From Acetofilamentum sp. (GTDB lineage: Bacteria; Hydrothermota; 32-111): DNA of 64,000 nt. The notes below the pieces were generated by a model. It did no database searches. It was given only the letters and a program-made list of their open reading frames with translations, and was not told where the DNA came from. Location: assembly GCA_020721805.1 (NCBI GenBank), contig DYMB01000007.1:30307-94306 (forward strand), given 5' to 3'. Positions 58,190 to 64,000 of this stretch are shown here, in pieces. The position numbers and the translations under genes are program-made. The stretch's first letter is position 1. Each line of letters begins with the position of its first letter.

Positions 58190-59953
58190 ATGCAGACACT
58201 TGCGAATCTTTTTACCGCTTCGGGTATTTTGACCAGAGAACAGATAAAAAATGTTTTTAAAAGACAGAAGGAGACTGGAGAATCTTTTATAAAGTCGATA
58301 GTGAGCCTTGGATTTTCAACTGAAGAAAAGATTGCAAAATTTCTTGCAAAATATTTTAAAACCGAATTTATACTTATAGATAGAGAAGAGATTCCAATTC
58401 AAATATTAAATCTTATAAATGAGGAACTTGCATATAAACATATGATGATACCATACAAAAAGACTGGTAACATGCTTTTTCTTGCGATGTTAAATCCTGC
58501 AAATTTAAACGCCATAGATGATGTGAAATTTAAAACGGGTCTCGATGTTATACCGATAGTAACAACCGAGACCTCATTACAAAAAGCTCTTGGGAAATAT
58601 AGGGAAGCTAAAACTCAGGTTAGTGAATTTTCTGAGGATGATGATATAGATATAGATATAGATGTTGATGAAAACATAGACATAGATATTGATGAAAATG
58701 ATATATCTTTTGACGATGATGTTGAGGTTGTTGGTGAGGGCGATTCAAAGGAGATGGTTATAGACGCAGCATCAGCCGCAGAAGACAAACCTGTTGTAAA
58801 AATAGTTAACTATATCTTCACAAAAGCTGTGGAATCAAAAGCATCTGATATACATATAGAACCTTTTGAAACTTATTTAAGAGTAAGGCTGAGGGTTGAT
58901 GGAGTATTGACTGAACTTATAAGACCACCAATTGAATTGAAAGCTGGAATAGTTTCAAGGATAAAATTGATGTCTGAACTTGATATCGCTGTTCACAATA
59001 TTCCTCAAGATGGAAGAATAAGATTGAAAGTTTATGATAAACAGTTGGATCTTAGAGTTTCAATAATACCTGTTTTGTTTGGAGAAAAAGTTGTTATGAG
59101 AATACTCGATAAATCTTCGCTGCAACTTGAAATGACAAAACTTGGTTTTGAACCAGATAATCTTGAAAAATTTCAATCTGCCATACATAAACCTTACGGT
59201 ATAGTTCTTGTAACAGGTCCAACCGGTTCTGGAAAATCTACTACCCTTTATTCTGCTCTTTCATTGTTGAATAAACCAGAGATACAAATAATGACAGCCG
59301 AAGATCCAATAGAATATAACCTATATGGTATAAATCAGATCCAGGTTAATCCTGATATCGGTTTCACATTTGCATCCGCATTAAGGGCTTTTTTAAGACA
59401 CTCTCCAAATGTTATTCTGGTCGGAGAAATAAGAGATACTGAAACTGCAGAGATAGCGATAAGAGCCGCTTTGACTGGACATCTTGTTGTTTCAACGATC
59501 CATACCAACGATTCTCCTTCAACCGTTAACAGATTGATAGATATGCAAATAGAACCCTTCCTTGTTTCGGCCGCTTTGAACCTTATTCAAGCACAGAGAC
59601 TTTTGAGAAAAGTTTGTGAAAAATGTAGAAAACCGGTCGTTTATGATGAGGAGACTTTAAGAAATTACGATATTGATCCTATTTACCTTAAAGGGTATCA
59701 GGTGTATGAAAAAGGTGATGGATGCGATTTTTGTGGTGGAAAAGGTTATAAGGGAAGGATCGCTGTAACCGAAGTTATGCCTATTTCCCCAAAGTTGAGG
59801 GAGATGATACTTTCAAGAGCATCTACCGCTGAATTAAGAGAACAGGCAAAAAAAGAGGGAATGAAAACTTTAAGAGAGGATGCGTTGATAAAAGTGAAAA
59901 ATGGTTTAACAACACTTGATGAAGTGATAAGAGAAACCGCTGTTATGGAATAG
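58190..59953 (+). CDS. pilB: type IV pilus assembly / GspE-family secretion ATPase, copy 2
   Basis: Same architecture as copy 1: N-terminal domain, GPTGSGKSTT, GEIRD, HLVVSTIHTN and CEKCRK...CDFCGGKGYKG. It has a distinct poly-acidic DID repeat linker. Confidence 0.88.
   Translation: MQTLANLFTASGILTREQIKNVFKRQKETGESFIKSIVSLGFSTEEKIAKFLAKYFKTEFILIDREEIPIQILNLINEELAYKHMMIPYKKTGNMLFLAMLNPANLNAIDDVKFKTGLDVIPIVTTETSLQKALGKYREAKTQVSEFSEDDDIDIDIDVDENIDIDIDENDISFDDDVEVVGEGDSKEMVIDAASAAEDKPVVKIVNYIFTKAVESKASDIHIEPFETYLRVRLRVDGVLTELIRPPIELKAGIVSRIKLMSELDIAVHNIPQDGRIRLKVYDKQLDLRVSIIPVLFGEKVVMRILDKSSLQLEMTKLGFEPDNLEKFQSAIHKPYGIVLVTGPTGSGKSTTLYSALSLLNKPEIQIMTAEDPIEYNLYGINQIQVNPDIGFTFASALRAFLRHSPNVILVGEIRDTETAEIAIRAALTGHLVVSTIHTNDSPSTVNRLIDMQIEPFLVSAALNLIQAQRLLRKVCEKCRKPVVYDEETLRNYDIDPIYLKGYQVYEKGDGCDFCGGKGYKGRIAVTEVMPISPKLREMILSRASTAELREQAKKEGMKTLREDALIKVKNGLTTLDEVIRETAVME
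58634..58726 (+). repeat. acidic low-complexity (D-I-D) coding repeat in the PilB copy 2 linker
   Basis: Encodes EDDDIDIDIDVDENIDIDIDENDISFDDDVE. The DNA shows reiterated GATATA/GACATA units. Confidence 0.8.
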
Positions 59954-59964
59954 GAGGTATTTAA

Positions 59965-61056
59965 ATGTCACCTTTACCTTCAATAGTTCAACTTTTAACT
60001 GAAATGGTCGAAAGGAAAGCATCTGATTTGCATATTACCGCAGGCTTACCCCCATGTATGAGGATAGATGGAGAAATCATTCAGACAAGTTATGATGTTC
60101 TGAAACCCCAGGATTGTGAACAACTCGCATATAGTGTATTAAACGATCAACAGAAAAAAACTTTTGAACAGAACTGGGAACTTGATCTATCAATTTCCGT
60201 TCCCAATCTTTCAAGATTCAGAGGAAATGTTTTCAGACAGAGAGGAAATGTTGCGATGGTTTTAAGACAGATTCCTTTTGAAATAAAAGGATACAAAGAA
60301 CTTGGATTACCTATGATAGTTTCAGAATTTGCTAAAAGACCAAAAGGCTTGATACTTGTAACTGGTCCAACAGGTTCTGGAAAATCCACAACTCTTGCTG
60401 CTATGATAGATCAGATAAATCAGGAAAGAAAATCACATATAATAACCGTTGAGGATCCAATAGAGTTTTTATTCAGACATAAAAAATGTATAGTTAATCA
60501 AAGACAGGTGGGTTCCGACACAAAATCTTTTGCTACCGCCTTAAAATACGCCTTAAGACAGGATCCCGATATAGTGATGATCGGTGAAATGAGAGATCTG
60601 GAAACGATACAGGCTGCATTGACTATTTCTGAAACAGGGCACCTTACATTTGCAACATTACATACCAACTCTGCTGCCGAATCGATAAACCGTATAATAG
60701 ATGTTTTTCCAGAATCACAACAGGGACAGGTCAGGGCGCAACTCGCTTTCGTTATAGTAGCCATAATGACACAAACACTTATTCCCAAAATAAAAGGTGG
60801 TAGAGCGATGGCTATGGAAATACTCGCTGGAACTCCTGCTATAAAGGCGCTTATAAGAGATGATAAGATACATCAAATTTATTCGATGATTCAGGCTGGA
60901 AGAAAATATGGAATGCAAACGATGAATCAGTCTTTGTTTGAACTTTATAGAACAGGTCAGATATCTCTCGATAATATGATGTCAGCATCCAAGGAGCCTG
61001 AAGAACTTGAAAAGATGCTCGCTGAATTCAGGAAGACTGGAAATGTTAATTTTTAA
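59965..61056 (+). CDS. pilT: type IV pilus retraction ATPase PilT
   Basis: About 360 aa without the GspE N-domain. ASDLHITAGLPP, GPTGSGKSTT, GEMRD and GHLTFATLHTNSA. AGGAGG Shine-Dalgarno. Confidence 0.92.
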   Translation: MSPLPSIVQLLTEMVERKASDLHITAGLPPCMRIDGEIIQTSYDVLKPQDCEQLAYSVLNDQQKKTFEQNWELDLSISVPNLSRFRGNVFRQRGNVAMVLRQIPFEIKGYKELGLPMIVSEFAKRPKGLILVTGPTGSGKSTTLAAMIDQINQERKSHIITVEDPIEFLFRHKKCIVNQRQVGSDTKSFATALKYALRQDPDIVMIGEMRDLETIQAALTISETGHLTFATLHTNSAAESINRIIDVFPESQQGQVRAQLAFVIVAIMTQTLIPKIKGGRAMAMEILAGTPAIKALIRDDKIHQIYSMIQAGRKYGMQTMNQSLFELYRTGQISLDNMMSASKEPEELEKMLAEFRKTGNVNF

Positions 61057-61068
61057 AAGGGGGAATTG

Positions 61069-62274
61069 ATGGCTAAATTTAAATACAAAGCGACAGGTAG
61101 GGATGGAAAAATAAAAGAGGATGTTATAGATGCTCCAAATAAGGCAAAAGCTGAACAGATTTTAAGATCTCTGGGTTATCAGGTTATTTCTTTAAACATG
61201 GATTGGGCATCATTTGAAATAAGTTTTGGTAGCGGAAAAATTCCAACAAAAGTGATATCAATATTTACAAGACAATTCTCAACGATGATAGCCGCTGGTC
61301 TGCCTCTTATGCAATGTTTAAGGATTTTACAGGAACAGACTGCAAATAAAAGTTTTAAAGGAATTTTAAAAGAGATGATAAATGATGTTGAAAGTGGAGC
61401 AACACTTGCCGATGCTATGAAAAAACATAAGAAGGCTTTCCCCGAACTTTATGTTAACATGGTTAAGGCTGGCGAGGAGGGAGGTGCCCTTGAAACTATA
61501 CTTGGTCGTCTTGCAACATATCTTGAAAAGAATGAAGCGTTAACAAGAAAAATTAAGGGTGCTATGATTTATCCTACAATAATAAGTATAGTTATGGTTA
61601 TAGCTGTTGCAGTTATGTTGATATTCGTTATACCGATCTTTGCTGGTATGTTTACAAGTTTTGGAGGAACACTTCCATTGCCTACTGCAATTCTTGTAGG
61701 ACTTTCAAATTTTTTAAGGCAGAATATAATCATTATCATCATAGCTTTGGGTGTTATCATATTTGCGGTAAAATCTTTCCAGAATACAGCACAGGGAAGA
61801 GTATTTTTTGATAAACTTGCTTTAGGTGCACCTGTATTTGGTGATCTTCAAAAAAAACAGGTTGTTGCAAGATTTTCGAGAACACTCGCTACACTTCTTT
61901 CATCTGGAGTTAATATAATTTCTGCACTTGAAACTACAGCAAAAACAGCAGGAAATGTTGTGGTCGAATCGGCGATTTTAAAAGCGAGAACAGCGATACA
62001 GGAAGGTGAATCTATATCTTTACCACTCTCAAAGGAAAAAGTTTTTCCAATAATGGTTGTTCAGATGATCAGAATTGGTGAAGAGACAGGTGGTCTTGAA
62101 TCTATGTTGATAAAGGTTGCTGATTTTTATGATGAGGAGGTTGATGCAGCTGTTGAGGCTTTGATGTCAGCACTTGAGCCTTTGATAATGGTTATTCTTG
62201 CTGTTGTTGTTGGTGGTATGATGGTTGCAATGTATTTGCCTATGTTCAAAATGATCACCCTTGTTTCCGGTTAA
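61069..62274 (+). CDS. pilC: type IV pilus platform protein PilC (GspF family)
   Basis: Two GspF-type repeats (FTRQFSTMIAAGLPL..., FSRTLATLLSSGVNI...) and three TM segments. The ATG at 61069 is preferred over the TTG at 61066. Confidence 0.9.
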   Translation: MAKFKYKATGRDGKIKEDVIDAPNKAKAEQILRSLGYQVISLNMDWASFEISFGSGKIPTKVISIFTRQFSTMIAAGLPLMQCLRILQEQTANKSFKGILKEMINDVESGATLADAMKKHKKAFPELYVNMVKAGEEGGALETILGRLATYLEKNEALTRKIKGAMIYPTIISIVMVIAVAVMLIFVIPIFAGMFTSFGGTLPLPTAILVGLSNFLRQNIIIIIIALGVIIFAVKSFQNTAQGRVFFDKLALGAPVFGDLQKKQVVARFSRTLATLLSSGVNIISALETTAKTAGNVVVESAILKARTAIQEGESISLPLSKEKVFPIMVVQMIRIGEETGGLESMLIKVADFYDEEVDAAVEALMSALEPLIMVILAVVVGGMMVAMYLPMFKMITLVSG

Positions 62275-62283
62275 AGATTTGTA

Positions 62284-63822
62284 ATGTTTAAAAATATAGA
62301 AAAAAAATATTTTTGGTATCTATCGATAAGATTTTTAATAGTTCTCACTCTCCCAATTCTTGGTATTTTTTCAACCGTCAGAGGTTTTAAGGTAAACCTT
62401 GTACCACATTTTGTAATACTTTTTTTAACAATCTCTTTCAGTCTTTTTTTAACTTTTCTTTTAAAAAATAAAAAATTTTATACCTTTTATAACTATGTTC
62501 AAATAATTTATGATAACCTTTTAATCTTCAGTTTAGTTTATTTTACAGGTGGTTCTAATAACTTTTTTGAAATCCTTTATTTTGTAAACATTATAGCTGC
62601 AAGTTTTTTTCTTCTTGCAAAAGGTAGTTTTTTATCGGCGGTTCTTTCAACCATAGCCTATTCAATATTCGTTTTTGGAGAACATTTTGAATTCATAATT
62701 TCTCCATACAGGGCTCTGCCACAACCATATGTTGATCTTGAAGTTGTTATAATTAAGGCATATATTTATACGCTTTCCTTCTTCCTTGTCGCTGCTTTGA
62801 GTGGGTTTCTTTCTGAAAAACTTCAGGCAAGAAAGTTGGAACTTTTTAAATACTCTGCCAAAATCAAAGATCTTTTAGATCATATCCCCAATATTATAAT
62901 TTTACTCGATCAAAATTTTAAGGTTACAGATTATAATAAAAATAGTTATAAACTATTTCCAATGATAAAAACCTACAGCAGTTTCAAAGATGTGGATAAA
63001 GAGATATTCAAGTATATAGAAAAAAATGAAAACACAACATTTAAAAGAAATGAAAGAGATTATCAGTTACAGGTTTACAAAATCTTTAACCAGCAGAGCA
63101 AAGAAAATTTTATTATGGTGGTTATAAACGATATAACGGAGATAGTTGAATATGAAAAAAAATTGAACATAAAGGAAAAACTGGAAACGATAGGTGAACT
63201 TTCAGCCTCACTCGCACATGAGATAAGAAATCCTTTATCAAATATAAAGGAAAGTTCAAAAATTTTATATGAGGAGTTGAAAGAAGGACACAAAGATCAT
63301 CCAATGTTTAATCTTCTTTTTGATGAAATAGACAGATTGAATAAACTTGTGAATAAATTTCTAAAATACGCTAAGATTGGAAATGCCAATTTCGAAACAA
63401 TAAAACTTAACGATTTTAAAGAAGAATTATACCTGATAGATCCTAAATATAAAAATGTTCTTTTTGACAATTTTGGCGGTGTAACCCTTGTTGCTGAAAA
63501 GAATAGTTTAAAGGAGATATTCATAAATCTAATTGAAAACAGTTTTGATGCTATAAAAAATAAAGAGGATGGAGTTGTCAGGGTTATATATGAAAGAGAT
63601 AAAAATTTTGATATACTAAGATTTATAGATAATGGAATAGGGATAGATGAAAAACTTAAAAATAGACTCTTTCAACCATTTACAACCAATAAAGAAAAAG
63701 GTATTGGCCTTGGTTTATCTATTGTTTATAGAATAATTAAAGATGAGTATAAAGGTGAGATTGATTTTGAGAGTAAAGAGGGTTTGACTGAGTTTGTTTT
63801 AAAATTCAGGAGGAATCTTTGA
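62284..63822 (+). CDS. sensor histidine kinase, PilS-like (multi-TM N-terminus, PAS-like, HisKA, HATPase)
   Basis: About 6 N-terminal TM helices, H-box SLAHEIRNPLS, N-box FINLIENSFDA and G-boxes DNGIGI / GIGLGLS. Confidence 0.8.
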   Translation: MFKNIEKKYFWYLSIRFLIVLTLPILGIFSTVRGFKVNLVPHFVILFLTISFSLFLTFLLKNKKFYTFYNYVQIIYDNLLIFSLVYFTGGSNNFFEILYFVNIIAASFFLLAKGSFLSAVLSTIAYSIFVFGEHFEFIISPYRALPQPYVDLEVVIIKAYIYTLSFFLVAALSGFLSEKLQARKLELFKYSAKIKDLLDHIPNIIILLDQNFKVTDYNKNSYKLFPMIKTYSSFKDVDKEIFKYIEKNENTTFKRNERDYQLQVYKIFNQQSKENFIMVVINDITEIVEYEKKLNIKEKLETIGELSASLAHEIRNPLSNIKESSKILYEELKEGHKDHPMFNLLFDEIDRLNKLVNKFLKYAKIGNANFETIKLNDFKEELYLIDPKYKNVLFDNFGGVTLVAEKNSLKEIFINLIENSFDAIKNKEDGVVRVIYERDKNFDILRFIDNGIGIDEKLKNRLFQPFTTNKEKGIGLGLSIVYRIIKDEYKGEIDFESKEGLTEFVLKFRRNL

Positions 63823-64000
63823 ACAGGTATCATATTCTGATAGTGGATGATGAATTGAACAGATGTAAAGTTCTTGATTACAGATTAAAGAAATCTGGAT
63901 ACAATACAACCTTTACAACATCTCCATCTGAAGCGATAAACATTTTTAGAAAGGAAAATATAGATATAGTGATTTCAGATATAAAGATGGGAGAAATGTC
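63819..64000 (+). CDS. response regulator receiver domain (PilR/NtrC-like?), runs off the right edge
   Basis: My own translation from TTG 63819 (AGGAGG 5 nt upstream, overlapping the kinase TGA) gives (M)NRYHILIVDDELNRCKVLDYRLKKSGYNTTFTTSPSEAINIFRKENIDIVISDIKMGEM. This is a REC domain with the DD pair and a phospho-acceptor Asp. Confidence 0.75.
   Translation, partial: MNRYHILIVDDELNRCKVLDYRLKKSGYNTTFTTSPSEAINIFRKENIDIVISDIKMGEM

Noticed and set aside
1-64000. CRISPR arrays, tRNA/rRNA genes, IS elements, integrases, prophage or toxin-antitoxin pairs
   Set aside because: None was seen. The only non-coding stretches longer than 40 nt are 7098-7218, 39949-40063, 44645-44691 and 50818-50926, and promoters account for them. 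This was a by-eye scan only. tRNAscan or Infernal would be needed for certainty.

Overview
This is a tightly packed, visibly AT-rich bacterial chromosomal segment. It uses the standard code, and TGA, TAA and TAG all act as stops. I did not compute G+C; by eye it is about one third. The proteins are rich in K, I, E and N. I saw no rRNA, tRNA, CRISPR array, transposase, integrase or obvious pseudogene. Intergenic space is minimal and many neighbouring genes overlap by 1-30 nt.

Content from left to right:
1. A minus-strand run of pyrC (partial), pyrB and pyrR. It is preceded, without real gaps, by genes for an acidic disordered protein, a coiled-coil/TPR protein and a 1262-aa all-TPR protein.
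2. A 16.6-kb plus-strand envelope island (7219-23849). It holds GT4 and GT2 glycosyltransferases, a Wzx-like flippase and a Wzy/WaaL-like membrane protein. It also holds two proteins with type IX secretion (T9SS) C-terminal sorting domains. One of these is a 1499-aa C25 (gingipain/PorU-like) peptidase, and it is followed by a PorV/PorQ-like beta-barrel. A holA-like gene and a coiled-coil zinc-ribbon gene sit in the same island.
3. A complete minus-strand dcw cluster: mraZ-(STAS-like ORF)-rsmH-ftsL-ftsI-murE-murF-mraY-murD-ftsW-murG-murC-murB-ftsQ-ftsA-ftsZ. There is no ddl.
4. Housekeeping operons: M23 peptidase-dusB-methyltransferase-EndoQ-like-HIT-membrane protein; prfB-lysS-lolCE-lolD; a minus-strand GntR-cca pair; and cmk-plsC-ispH-rpsA-pyrG.
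5. A type IV pilus motor locus: pilB-pilB'-pilT-pilC-sensor kinase-response regulator (partial at the right edge).

The T9SS sorting domains suggest an FCB-superphylum-like, possibly uncultured organism. That is inference only.

Most notable observations:
- A PorU/PorV-like T9SS attachment pair is embedded in a Wzx/Wzy glycan locus.
- Five operon-first genes carry near-consensus sigma70 promoters whose -10 box lies 6-8 nt from the ATG, with no Shine-Dalgarno sequence. This predicts leaderless mRNAs.
- A 10-bp-periodic direct-repeat array at the mraZ promoter is a candidate MraZ operator.
- A STAS-like gene is translationally coupled between mraZ and rsmH.
- Two intact PilB-type ATPases sit in tandem.

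All functional calls rest on motif recognition by eye. No database search was possible.
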